A DNA stretch of 32,000 nt from Candidatus Methanoperedens sp. (GTDB taxonomy: Archaea > Halobacteriota > Methanosarcinia > Methanosarcinales > Methanoperedenaceae), in the NCBI GenBank assembly GCA_041494705.1, contig JBGQBI010000004.1, positions 120,001-152,000 of the forward strand. The letters run 5' to 3'. Under the pieces are notes generated by a model, which saw only the letters and a program-made list of their open reading frames with translations, searched no databases and was not told where the DNA came from. The position numbers were made by a program, and so were the translations under genes. Positions 16,672 through 25,766 of this stretch are shown in pieces (positions within the stretch are counted from its first letter, which is position 1; every line of letters begins with the position of its first letter).

Positions 16672-17306
16672 TATGTTCCCCCGGTTTCATCTGATTTCCC
16701 GGTTTTTGGCTCTTCTTTCTTTTTCTTCTTGGGTTTTGCTTTTTCTTCGCCGCCCTCTTTAGGAGTGCGGGCTTCTTCAATCCACTCCAGTTTGCCAAGG
16801 GCATGCTGGCGCATGGTGAGACCTATTTTACTGTCCCTGGGTTCACGTTCATTTAAGCTCACGGCAATTATTCTTGCACGAACCTTGTCCCCTTCTGTTA
16901 TTGCACGGCCCGATTCTCTGGTTATCAGGCGTGAATTTTTCTCATCATAACTGATGAATTCATCTGTCAACTGGCTTACATGCACAAGACCGTCAAGAGG
17001 ACCTATGCCCACGAAAATCCCGAACTCGACAACTTCAACTACGCTTCCTTCAATGATTTCCTGAAGTTCGGGCATGAAGGTCAGGGCATCAAAGATGGCG
17101 TCGTAATAAACACCGCCATCCCCTGCCAGTATATGTCCTTCCCCGACTTCAATCACGTCTTTTACCGCTACTATTGCGCCGATTCTCTTGTCCACAAGCC
17201 CTTCAAGTTTTTCGCGCAAAGCGAGTTTAACTGCTTCCTGTACAGGTTCACCAAGTAATTCCGGCGCAATTCTCACCGTATCCGATAATCTCATTTTCTT
17301 ATACAT
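16671..17306 (-). CDS. rpoE: DNA-directed RNA polymerase subunit E' (Rpo7) with Lys-rich C-terminal extension
   Basis: The N-terminal domain MYKKMRLSDTVRIAPELLGE plus an S1 domain (GSVVEVVEFGIFVGIGPLDGLVHVSQL) are typical of Rpo7. The tail EEARTPKEGGEEKAKPKKKKKEEPKTGKSDETGGT follows the usual end. Confidence 0.9.
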   Translation of the reverse strand: MYKKMRLSDTVRIAPELLGEPVQEAVKLALREKLEGLVDKRIGAIVAVKDVIEVGEGHILAGDGGVYYDAIFDALTFMPELQEIIEGSVVEVVEFGIFVGIGPLDGLVHVSQLTDEFISYDEKNSRLITRESGRAITEGDKVRARIIAVSLNEREPRDSKIGLTMRQHALGKLEWIEEARTPKEGGEEKAKPKKKKKEEPKTGKSDETGGT

Positions 17307-17326
17307 CTAAATCCTCTTAATAAAAG

Positions 17327-17698
17327 TTATTGAATACTCAAACGAGTTTTTTCTCGAAGATACACAGTACTGATTCCCTTACTACATAATCTTTTCTTTA
17401 ATTCTATGTCGTTAGTCAGGACAGCCGCTTTTTCAGTAATAGCCAGTTCCACAATGACATCGTCCGCGAATCCATTCTTTTCTACGACTGTACACCTGCC
17501 CAGCAATGACAATGCAATTTTGGCGGCTTTCCTGTCCCTGCCCTTCCCCTCTGCATAAATTTTTTCTAATTCCTTGACAGAAGGTCTTGGAACCATATAA
17601 GAATCAAAACCCAATCTTTCAAGCTCCGAAAAAATGTCCAGCCCGAACTGGCCGGGAACCATCATCCCGTTGGTGTCGATTATCACTTTTCTTGTCAT
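17327..17698 (-). CDS. PIN-domain ribonuclease (Fcf1/Utp24-like, conserved archaeal housekeeping type)
   Basis: 123 aa with acidic PIN residues in [15 protein letters not shown] and LTNDIELKK. 4-nt overlap with the aIF2-gamma stop. Conserved position between eif2g and rpoE'. Confidence 0.7.
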   Translation of the reverse strand: MTRKVIIDTNGMMVPGQFGLDIFSELERLGFDSYMVPRPSVKELEKIYAEGKGRDRKAAKIALSLLGRCTVVEKNGFADDVIVELAITEKAAVLTNDIELKKRLCSKGISTVYLREKTRLSIQ

Positions 17699-18924
17699 TT
17701 AAATTCTTTCAACACGCCTGAACCGATAAGCCTCCAGCGCGCTCCCACACGCCTGCTTATTGCAATATGTGCGCCTTTATCTGCGCATATCGGTCTTTTA
17801 AGTTTGACCTCGGCGTCAGCCCCCCTTGCACTTATGACGACGCCAATCGTGGTAGCCGTCCCGACATTAAGCATCAGTGGTTCATTTGAACGTATAGGCT
17901 CGACCGCTGCTTCATCGCTTATCCCGACAACACGTTCAAGAAGTTTGGTTTCCATCAGGAAGCCCTCAAGAGTCGGGGGCAGCGACCCCGGAATCCCTGC
18001 GACCTGCCCGACAAGGGCATCGCTTTTGGTAAGAGTGGGGTCAAGGTTGGTGCCAATGCCTATAAGGCCGCCTGGTACAGCTTCATTTAACTCTTCCTTC
18101 CCTGCATGAATAGTGGTTATCACAGTTTTGATGGGGACCCATTTCACAACTCCCCCGCTTTCAACCTTTCTGCCGGGACGCATCTCTATCTCATCACCCG
18201 GACGAAAAACACCGCAATTCAAAGAACCGCCGATAGCGCCTCCTACAAGTTTATCAGGAAGTGTACCGGGTTTATTGATATCAAAAGACCGCGCCACATA
18301 CATCAATGGTGATTTCTTCAGGTCGTGTTTTGGGGTAGGGATGTATTTTTCAATAGCTTCAATGACAAGATCGATATTTGTATTCTGCTGGGCTGAGATT
18401 GGTATAACCGGCGCATTCTCTGCCACAGTTCCTTTCACGAATGCCTTGATCTGGTTGTAACTCTCAAGGACTTTCTCCCGCGGAACAATGTCAATCTTAT
18501 TCTGGATAATCAGTATATTTTTAATCCCCATGATATTCAATGCCATAAGATGTTCTTTTGTCTGCGGCTGCGGGCATTGTTCATTGGCAGCGATAACAAG
18601 GAGTGCGCCGTCCATCAATGCTGCTCCCGATAACATGGTAGCCATCAGAGTCTCATGACCCGGGGAATCCACAAACGAAATAGCACGAAGTACCTCTGTT
18701 TTTGCTCCGCATTTTTCGCATGTTTCTTTAGTTGTATAACCGTCAGGTGGAGAGCAGTCAGGGCATTTCCTGAGCACAATATCCGCATAGCCGAGCCTTA
18801 TCGATATTCCCCTTTTTATCTCTTCGCTGTGCCTGTCTGTCCATACGCCCGAAAGTGCCTTGACGAGCGTGGTCTTGCCATGGTCAACATGCCCTACAAT
18901 GCCGATATTTACAACTGGTTGCAA
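17695..18924 (-). CDS. eif2g: Translation initiation factor aIF2 gamma subunit
   Basis: GTPase motifs [17 protein letters not shown] and NKID, plus zinc knuckle CPDC...CEKCG, 409 aa. TTG start 6 nt downstream of GGAGG (18928-18932 on the plus strand as cctcc). Confidence 0.92.
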   Translation of the reverse strand: MQPVVNIGIVGHVDHGKTTLVKALSGVWTDRHSEEIKRGISIRLGYADIVLRKCPDCSPPDGYTTKETCEKCGAKTEVLRAISFVDSPGHETLMATMLSGAALMDGALLVIAANEQCPQPQTKEHLMALNIMGIKNILIIQNKIDIVPREKVLESYNQIKAFVKGTVAENAPVIPISAQQNTNIDLVIEAIEKYIPTPKHDLKKSPLMYVARSFDINKPGTLPDKLVGGAIGGSLNCGVFRPGDEIEMRPGRKVESGGVVKWVPIKTVITTIHAGKEELNEAVPGGLIGIGTNLDPTLTKSDALVGQVAGIPGSLPPTLEGFLMETKLLERVVGISDEAAVEPIRSNEPLMLNVGTATTIGVVISARGADAEVKLKRPICADKGAHIAISRRVGARWRLIGSGVLKEFK

Positions 18925-19034
18925 TGAAATCCTCCAATACGGAAACGATGCCTTACATTGGGCTCTTTGTATTTAATGGCTTTTACATAAAAGGTTACGG
19001 GACTGAATGGGCTACGCATTAAACGAGGCTGGAT

Positions 19035-19148
19035 TTACTTTTTCTTCTTTTTCCCATATTCCATGAAATCCCTTCCAGCCTCAAGAATCTCATTAATTTT
19101 ATCTGCTTTGCTCCGTTCGATATATACTACTTTTGCTTTCATTTCCAT
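19035..19148 (-). CDS. Candidate small ORF (37 aa) ending in KKKKK; speculative
   Basis: Manual translation gives MEMKAKVVYIERSKADKINEILEAGRDFMEYGKKKKK. It is the only plausible ORF in a 418-bp gap, has no convincing SD, and resembles nothing I recognise. Confidence 0.2.
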   Translation of the reverse strand: MEMKAKVVYIERSKADKINEILEAGRDFMEYGKKKKK

Positions 19149-19342
19149 ACTTCCGGTCAGGAGTGAAGAAGAATCTCACCGATATCAAAATACCCCTATT
19201 TTCATTTTTCCCCATTTCTTAGTTGGTTTTATCTAAATTGTGAGATATTCTTACTATGCCCCATTATTAATTTCATACATGCAATTATAGTCTTGTTGGT
19301 CACAAAGCTGGTAAATAATATTTAATCATTAAAATTAAAAAT

Positions 19343-19771
19343 TTATCTTAATACGCGCTTCATCAGGGTTTGCAAGCAAATATCATATTTATCACATTGC
19401 GCACATTCATTCCAGATGAGTTTTTTCTCCTCGTTTGGAAGGCGAAAGAACCCCTTTTTCTCAAAAAAAGCAGGCGAAGTGGTACGAAGATAAACCGCAT
19501 CTGCAAGCTCAGTAGCGCGGATTAAAATTGCATCTACCAATCTTGAACCTATACCTTTATTGCGATAAGCCGGCAACACGGCTATCGAGCGCAGTTCCAC
19601 AACATCCCCGATGTCCAGGCAGGCGCATCCCACGGTCTTTTTATCAAGCACTGCCATTATGAATTCAGGAAGGTTTTTCTCTACTTTCTCGGTGTCAAGA
19701 TAATAAAAAGAGAGAAGCGTTTTTATATCTTTAATATCCGCCTGTGCTGCCTTCCTGAGTTCAATATCCAT
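19343..19771 (-). CDS. GNAT-family N-acetyltransferase
   Basis: 142 aa with acetyl-CoA binding motif LRSIAVLPAYRNKGIGSRLV. The C-terminus carries CAQCDKYDIC (CxxCx5C). Confidence 0.85.
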   Translation of the reverse strand: MDIELRKAAQADIKDIKTLLSFYYLDTEKVEKNLPEFIMAVLDKKTVGCACLDIGDVVELRSIAVLPAYRNKGIGSRLVDAILIRATELADAVYLRTTSPAFFEKKGFFRLPNEEKKLIWNECAQCDKYDICLQTLMKRVLR

Positions 19772-19874
19772 TTAATTTATTTTTTTCCTTTCTTTTCCGT
19801 ATCGGATAATTCAATAATCTTTAAGATAATTCTTTATACTATATATTTGTTTATAGAAATTATTTGAGTAAATT
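19772..19874. promoter_or_regulatory. Divergent promoter region (GNAT / HD hydrolase)
   Basis: Very AT-rich. TATA-like CTTTATACTATATATTTG (19831-19848) lies about 30 nt upstream of ATG 19875. Confidence 0.3.
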
Positions 19875-21059
19875 ATGAAAGTTATTCGCGACCCGATACA
19901 CGATTACATTGAACTGGACGAGCTTGCACTGGCGCTTATCGATACCCCCGAGGTCCAGAGATTGCGCAGAATACGGCAGCTGGGTTTTTCAAACCTTGTG
20001 TATCCCGGGGCAAACCATACCCGGTTTGAACATTCACTGGGCACATATCATCTCGCCAAACACCTGGTAAAATATGTGGATGAACTCAAGCGGGATGAAT
20101 TGCTCGCTGCTTCCTTACTCCATGATATCGGGCACGGGCCTTTTTCCCATGCGACAGAGGAGCTGATTGTCCGTTATACAAGGAAAAGCCATGATAACGT
20201 GGAAGGGTTATTGAGAAAAGGAGTGATTTCCGATGTACTTAAGGATTTTTCCCTGTCACCATCAAATATTGCAGGACATATTAAAGGTGAGACTTATCCG
20301 GGTCAGATTATCAACAGTGAAATAGACGTGGACAGGATGGATTATCTTGTGCGAGATGCTCATTATACGGGTGTAGCTTTCGGTCTTATCGACCATGTAA
20401 GGTTAATTCACGAACTCGGGTTCAATGAGAATAAACTAGTCCTGAACCCAGGCGGTCTTCAGGCTGCCGAGTCGCTTCTGGTATCGCGGTTTCTGATGCA
20501 TCCCACAGTTTATTTCCATCATGTCTCCCGGATTGCCGAATCCATGTGCGAACATGCTGCAGAATATATGATTGAGAATGGCCTTTCTCCTGAATCATTC
20601 CAGCGAATGGATGATGTCGCTTTCATGAACGAGATGAAAAATGCAGGCGGTTACGCATCCGATATCGCAAAAAGGCTTGATGAAAGAAAATTGTATAAGC
20701 GTGCGCTTTATACTGATCTTGATTCGCTGGGCATAGACGCGATAAAACTCAGGAATAATATTAGAAGGGTTGAGATTGAGATAGCAGAGAGCGCCGGGGT
20801 AAAGCCTGAATATGTACTTGTGGATATCCCTGAAATGCCGGAGATTGCAGAAATGAAAGCCCAGGTTCTTATTAATGGAAAATTGATACCTATCGATAAA
20901 GCCTCAAGCCTTGTTGCGGCACTGGGAAAAGCGCAGCTTGATAACTGGCGCCTTGGTGTTTTCACCCCGCCTGAATACAGGGAAAAAGTGGGCGCTGCTG
21001 CAAGGAAATTCTTTGAAGTAAAAAAAGATATGAAACAATTCAAATTGACTGAGCTTTGA
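19875..21059 (+). CDS. HD-domain phosphohydrolase (COG1078-like, dNTP triphosphohydrolase-related)
   Basis: RFEHSLGTYHLA and LLHDIGHGPFSH (the H...HD metal site), followed by DVDRMDYLVRDAHYTG. 394 aa. Confidence 0.85.
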   Translation: MKVIRDPIHDYIELDELALALIDTPEVQRLRRIRQLGFSNLVYPGANHTRFEHSLGTYHLAKHLVKYVDELKRDELLAASLLHDIGHGPFSHATEELIVRYTRKSHDNVEGLLRKGVISDVLKDFSLSPSNIAGHIKGETYPGQIINSEIDVDRMDYLVRDAHYTGVAFGLIDHVRLIHELGFNENKLVLNPGGLQAAESLLVSRFLMHPTVYFHHVSRIAESMCEHAAEYMIENGLSPESFQRMDDVAFMNEMKNAGGYASDIAKRLDERKLYKRALYTDLDSLGIDAIKLRNNIRRVEIEIAESAGVKPEYVLVDIPEMPEIAEMKAQVLINGKLIPIDKASSLVAALGKAQLDNWRLGVFTPPEYREKVGAAARKFFEVKKDMKQFKLTEL

Positions 21060-21798
21060 GCGCCCTTCGTATCACGTCTTCTTTTTCCGGTCTGAATAAT
21101 TCTCTTATTCCATAAGATTCATGATACATGTCCAGGCCACGAATTATCACTATCGGCATACCGCCATTCCCTTCTCCCATCAGGATATTTGCAAATCCCG
21201 CAATTTCATCCACAATTGCTTCGTTTTTAACCTCAAGCACCCTCCCGAAAAGGTCCCGGGTACCACGCCAGTCCCGTGTTGCTTTTATTCCCGCAATACC
21301 GATTGCGGCTCCAGTCTGGCCTATCCTGAAAGCCCTGCCGTTCGTGTCTGTAATAATAACGCTGACTTTTTTACCGGTATATTTTAAAATGGATTCTTTT
21401 AGTTTCCGTGCGCTTTCATCCGGGTCTTCGGGAAGTAACAGGATGTTTTTCTCACCTTCGACATTGGAATGGTCGATACCTGCATTAACGCAGATGCTGC
21501 CGTTCCTGGTACGGACAAGAAGAAAGGGCGATTCCAGTAATATTTCCTCGCTTTCATCAAGCACAGCCTGCACAAATCCCGGGTCGTTGCCGTTTCTTTT
21601 TGCGATAATTTTTGCCCGCTGTGTTACTTTAACGCTATCCAGGGACACAATCCTGCCTTCGGATTTGGATACGACAGTGGAAGAAATAACAACGATATCA
21701 TGCTCCCTGAGTTCTGTTTGTTCACTCAAAATGAGCGCAATATCGTCACCCTGTTTAATCAGGGGGATATTTTCAACGGCAAATGCAGTTGCATTCAA
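21040..21798 (-). CDS. cofE: Coenzyme F420-0:L-glutamate ligase
   Basis: 252 aa. IPLIKQGDDIALIL, VVISSTVVSKSEGR and VIITDTNGRAFRIGQTGAAIGIAG match the CofE pattern. TTG start 6 nt after GAGGA. The 3' end overlaps the convergent HD gene by 20 nt. Confidence 0.82.
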   Translation of the reverse strand: MNATAFAVENIPLIKQGDDIALILSEQTELREHDIVVISSTVVSKSEGRIVSLDSVKVTQRAKIIAKRNGNDPGFVQAVLDESEEILLESPFLLVRTRNGSICVNAGIDHSNVEGEKNILLLPEDPDESARKLKESILKYTGKKVSVIITDTNGRAFRIGQTGAAIGIAGIKATRDWRGTRDLFGRVLEVKNEAIVDEIAGFANILMGEGNGGMPIVIIRGLDMYHESYGIRELFRPEKEDVIRRALKAQSI

Positions 21799-21844
21799 TC
21801 GGATTCCTCGCCCCCTTAAAATGCAGGTGGAATAATAATGCTTT

Positions 21845-21864
21845 CTAAGAAAAAGCTGCAGCCT
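21845..21864 (-). terminator. T5 tract after the hppA stop (terminator candidate)
   Basis: The minus strand reads TGA AGGCTGCAGC TTTTTCTTAG. Confidence 0.3.
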
Positions 21865-23922
21865 TCATCCAAGAAGGCTGTGTTTCAGAATCAGCGCGGC
21901 AAACAGTATCGCTACGATGTTCATCACTTTTATCAGGGGATTAATCGCCGGGCCTGCCGTATCCTTTGTCGGGTCGCCCACAGTGTCGCCCACAACTGCG
22001 GCTGCGTGCGTAGGATTCTTGCTCCCGTCCGGAAGTCTCTTCCCGCCCAGGTTGCCTGACTCGATATATTTCTTGGCATTATCCCATGCCGCGCCTCCGG
22101 TTGTCATCATGAGAGCAAGGAGGAGACCCGAGATAATCACGCCGATAAGAAGACCGCCAAGCGCCACCGGGCCGAATATAAAGCCCACGAGCAAAGGTGA
22201 GAGCACTGCAAGAAGCCCGGGTACTACCATTTCTTTCTGCGCCGCTATGGTAACGATGTCAACACACTTTCCATAATCGGGCTTCGCTGTTCCTTCCATG
22301 ATGCCCTTTATTTCCCTGAACTGCCGCCTTATCTCAGTGACTATGGTTGTTGCCGCCCTTCCCACAGCGCCCATCAGGAAGCTTGCGAACAGGAATGGTA
22401 TCATGCCGCCTATTAGCAATCCCACAAGAACAAGAGGGTTTGAGAGTTCAAGCGATAATACAGGCTTCCCATCAGCCAGCAGGAGCTTGTTTACCTCACT
22501 GCTGTATGCAGCAAAGAGAGCAAGAGCGCCGAGCGCCGCCGAGCCTATGGCATAGCCTTTTGTGACCGCTTTTGTGGTGTTTCCCACCGCGTCCAGCGGG
22601 TCGGTGATATCCCTGACCTCCTTGGACAGCTCAGCCATCTCCGCTATTCCGCCTGCGTTGTCTGTTATCGGGCCGTATGAGTCTATGGCGATTATAATGC
22701 CTGTTACCGACAGCATGGCTGCCGCTGCTATGGCAATCCCGTATAACCCAAGTGCCCCGCCGCCCATGACCGTATATGAAATCAGGATTCCTGCGCAAAT
22801 GACTATTACAGGTAAAGCAGTGCTCTGAAGCCCTACCGCAAGCCCTGTTATGATGTTTGTTCCGGGTCCTGTTACCGAAGCGTTAGCAATGTCCTTTACC
22901 GGACCATGCGTTGTCGCTGTGTAATACTCGGTAATGATTATCATCGCTGCCGTGACGCCAAGACCCACAAGTGCGCTGATGAACATTCCCTTATTCCCAC
23001 CCATCAACTGCTGTGTGATTATATAGAACAATACTACTGATATCGCTCCCGCCACAATGGCACCCTTATACATCGCCCCCATTATATCGCCTGATTTTCC
23101 AAGCTTGACAAAGAACGTCCCGATTATGGATGCAATAATTGCTGCTGCTCCGAGCATCAGGGGATAGGTGACTGCATTTGGATATTTGTCTATTACTGTA
23201 ACTCCAATCAGCATCGCGCCAAGCGCCGTAACCGCGTATGTTTCGAAAAGGTCAGCCGCCATTCCCGCGCAGTCGCCCACATTATCGCCCACGTTATCGG
23301 CTATGACACCGGGATTGCGCGGGTCGTCCTCGGGTATTCCGGCTTCCACTTTCCCAACAAGGTCTGTTCCCACATCGGCTGCTTTGGTATATATCCCGCC
23401 TCCAATCCTTGCGAAAAGACTTATGAGCGATGCACCGAATCCGAAACCTATGACCTTATCAACCGCGCCGACATTTCCACCGAATGCGATATAAAGCCCG
23501 CTCACGCCAAGGAGCGCAAGGCTTGCCACGGATATACCTGTGACTGCGCCGCCTTTGAACGCCACATTAAGCGCTTGCTGCATACCTTCTTTTGCAGCAT
23601 TGGCACAGCGAACGTTGCTGCGCACGGATATGTTCATGCCAAGATAACCTGCTGATGCGGACATAAGCGCGCCGAGAATAAATCCAATAGCGGTAGGCAC
23701 GTTAATTGCCAATGCGAGCAAAACGGCAAGAATGACCGCGATTACAGCCACGGTCTTATACTGCCTGTTCAGGTAAGCCATAGCGCCTTCCTGTATGGCA
23801 GAGGCGATTTCTTTCATCCTGTCAGTGCCTGCATCAAGTTTGAGTATATACAAAACAAGATACACGGCAAATAATAAACCGATAACGCCCGCAAGCGGGG
23901 CTGAATACAATAACGAATCCAT
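21865..23922 (-). CDS. hppA: Membrane-bound proton-translocating pyrophosphatase, K+-independent signature
   Basis: [25 protein letters not shown] and [26 protein letters not shown] are present. [10 protein letters not shown] has Lys where the K+-dependent type has Ala. ATG 23922 with GGAGG upstream is preferred to the tracked TTG 23946. Confidence 0.93.
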   Translation of the reverse strand: MDSLLYSAPLAGVIGLLFAVYLVLYILKLDAGTDRMKEIASAIQEGAMAYLNRQYKTVAVIAVILAVLLALAINVPTAIGFILGALMSASAGYLGMNISVRSNVRCANAAKEGMQQALNVAFKGGAVTGISVASLALLGVSGLYIAFGGNVGAVDKVIGFGFGASLISLFARIGGGIYTKAADVGTDLVGKVEAGIPEDDPRNPGVIADNVGDNVGDCAGMAADLFETYAVTALGAMLIGVTVIDKYPNAVTYPLMLGAAAIIASIIGTFFVKLGKSGDIMGAMYKGAIVAGAISVVLFYIITQQLMGGNKGMFISALVGLGVTAAMIIITEYYTATTHGPVKDIANASVTGPGTNIITGLAVGLQSTALPVIVICAGILISYTVMGGGALGLYGIAIAAAAMLSVTGIIIAIDSYGPITDNAGGIAEMAELSKEVRDITDPLDAVGNTTKAVTKGYAIGSAALGALALFAAYSSEVNKLLLADGKPVLSLELSNPLVLVGLLIGGMIPFLFASFLMGAVGRAATTIVTEIRRQFREIKGIMEGTAKPDYGKCVDIVTIAAQKEMVVPGLLAVLSPLLVGFIFGPVALGGLLIGVIISGLLLALMMTTGGAAWDNAKKYIESGNLGGKRLPDGSKNPTHAAAVVGDTVGDPTKDTAGPAINPLIKVMNIVAILFAALILKHSLLG

Positions 23923-23997
23923 AATTTCCTCCTGATTTCCCGCCAACTTGGCGCTAAGGATATATATTATTTACCTATTACGCTCATAAACAAAATT
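23923..23997. promoter_or_regulatory. Divergent promoter region (hppA / radical SAM) with 13-bp palindrome
   Basis: TATA-like GGATATATATTATTTA (23957-23972) lies between the two starts. The perfect odd palindrome CGCCAAcTTGGCG (23941-23953) lies between the TATA element and the hppA SD. Confidence 0.3.
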
Positions 23998-24945
23998 ATG
24001 AACTCCAACCTGCATCGCGCAAGAACCATGATAGATGCGCTGGAAACCGACCCCGATACTAAAGCCTCCATGCTCAGGGGTTTCGAGCGCAGGCTTGGGC
24101 TTTTTGGCAGTGATATTCTTTTTTTCAATGAGCCTTTTACGCCGGTTTCCCTGACGGGCACACGCTGCGCACTTTCCTGCAAACATTGCAACTCGCATTA
24201 CCTGCGCCACATGCTTGACGGCTCTGAGGGAAAATTGGAGGCTGAAGCCGAAAAATTAGCCAGTAAGGGCGCGCAAGGGATATTGCTAAGCGGGGGAAGC
24301 GCTAAGGATGGAAGTGTTCCTACATATGAGCAATCGGGCGTTATCCAAAAAATCAAAGGCGATAAGAAACTCAAAATCAGCGCGCATACAGGCATTGTGA
24401 ACGTCTCGCAAGCACAAATACTTTCGGAATATCTTGATATGGCGCTCGTTGATGTTCTTGGCGATGATGAAACAATCCATGATATCCTCGGCATCGAGGT
24501 GTGTGTGAAGGATTATGAGGAGTCGCTGCGGCATCTCGCCTCTCTCGGAATTCCGCTTGCCCCGCATATCATTGTAGGGCTGCATAACGGCAGATTAAAA
24601 GGCGAATTCAAAGCTCTTGAAATTGTCAAAAAATTCAATCCCGTGACTGTGGTGATTGTTGTATTTATTCCCACAAAAGGAACCGCTATGGTGAGCGTCT
24701 CCCCACCAAAAATTGAGGATGTGGTCAAAGTGATTACAACCGCGCGGGAGATGTTTGACGTACCGCTTTCATTAAGCTGCGTGCGCCCGGGAGGACGTTA
24801 TCGCTCGGAACTTGATAAATACGCAATCCTGGGCGGGATTGACCGGATAGCTGTGCCTTCAAGAAGTGCCCTTGTGACGGCCGGGGAACTCGGATTGAAT
24901 ATCATTGAAATCCCGAAAATGTGCTGTTCTTATAATGTGATATGA
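23998..24945 (+). CDS. Radical SAM enzyme, subfamily not recognised
   Basis: 315 aa with CALSCKHC (CxxxCxxC) at about aa 57-64 and a GILLSGG SAM-binding-like strand. Extra cysteines are present (EVCVKD, LSCVRPGG, C-terminal KMCCSY). ATGATGA overlap with the next gene. Confidence 0.75.
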   Translation: MNSNLHRARTMIDALETDPDTKASMLRGFERRLGLFGSDILFFNEPFTPVSLTGTRCALSCKHCNSHYLRHMLDGSEGKLEAEAEKLASKGAQGILLSGGSAKDGSVPTYEQSGVIQKIKGDKKLKISAHTGIVNVSQAQILSEYLDMALVDVLGDDETIHDILGIEVCVKDYEESLRHLASLGIPLAPHIIVGLHNGRLKGEFKALEIVKKFNPVTVVIVVFIPTKGTAMVSVSPPKIEDVVKVITTAREMFDVPLSLSCVRPGGRYRSELDKYAILGGIDRIAVPSRSALVTAGELGLNIIEIPKMCCSYNVI

Positions 24946-25766
24946 TGAAAAAGATAGCAAGCCATGACGACATCGATATTTTTGCACCTGACAATTCAAG
25001 GTTCTCCTTCCTGAAAAGCCCTTATGCAGCCCATAAAACCAAAAGCGCCGTGGACATATATTATGGGAGTTTTGGCAGCGAAGCGCTTTCGCCGGTTGAC
25101 GGCGAAATAATCGATGTCAGGAGTTTCGATACACCAACACCTTTTAAGGATATTGATTCCAGGGAACATCTAATCGCCATACGTCAGGGTAAATACGTCA
25201 TCAAAATAATCCATATAAAACCTGAAGTTTCAATCGGCGAAACCATATCGAAAGGCGACCTGCTCGGTACATTTATTAAAAACGGCTATTTCATTTTCTG
25301 GAACGACCCGGTGATGCATGTTGAAGTCAGGAAACCCTGGGATTACCTTCGCGCATCGAATAACCTGAACCTTTTGCCCGATATTGAATGGACGGCGCTC
25401 CCGAAAGGCAAAACCCTTGAAGTTGATTGCCAGGTCGAAGAAGTTAATAAGAGATACTCTCTCCTCAGCGCGCCTAACATTTCCTGCGGAGATGTGAGGG
25501 GATTTGCAATAGATGGCGGCTTTCTTGACGGTTTTATCAGTTCAAACGGGGACGGCGGCTTTTTTGGTACAGTTAAAAAGCAGGGATTTTTCCATCCAGA
25601 AGCATCATCACTTGAAATTTCAAAAGGCGATTCCGAAATAAAATGCTCGGGCATTGCCTTTTGCCTGTCTTTAAAAGAACCGAGAATCAAAGTAATCCCA
25701 GGAAAATACGGCGATAAACCCATATCTTTGGGCGATAAAATCCATGTAAAGCTTGCTTTTTATTGA
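24942..25766 (+). CDS. LytM/M23-like beta-barrel protein with incomplete zinc-ligand set plus unknown C-terminal beta domain
   Basis: The order KSAVDIYY ... SPVDGEIIDV ... YVIKIIHIKPEVSIGETISKGDLLGT ... NDPVMHVEVR parallels M23 HxxxD ... G-x-V ... H ... V-x-G-x-x-IG ... PHLHFEV. Lys replaces the first His, and Val replaces the first His of HxH. Translationally coupled to the radical SAM gene. Confidence 0.5.
   Translation: MMKKIASHDDIDIFAPDNSRFSFLKSPYAAHKTKSAVDIYYGSFGSEALSPVDGEIIDVRSFDTPTPFKDIDSREHLIAIRQGKYVIKIIHIKPEVSIGETISKGDLLGTFIKNGYFIFWNDPVMHVEVRKPWDYLRASNNLNLLPDIEWTALPKGKTLEVDCQVEEVNKRYSLLSAPNISCGDVRGFAIDGGFLDGFISSNGDGGFFGTVKKQGFFHPEASSLEISKGDSEIKCSGIAFCLSLKEPRIKVIPGKYGDKPISLGDKIHVKLAFY

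Noticed and set aside
17327-17698. PIN-domain gene as a VapC toxin of a toxin-antitoxin pair
   Set aside because: No small antitoxin gene precedes it. It overlaps the eif2g stop and sits in the conserved eif2g-PIN-rpoE' arrangement, so it is the housekeeping Fcf1-like type.
21128-21835. 235-aa plus-strand ORF
   Set aside because: It is antisense to cofE over its whole length. It is a Ser/Pro/Ile-rich shadow ORF with no recognisable domain, whereas cofE motifs are clear on the minus strand.
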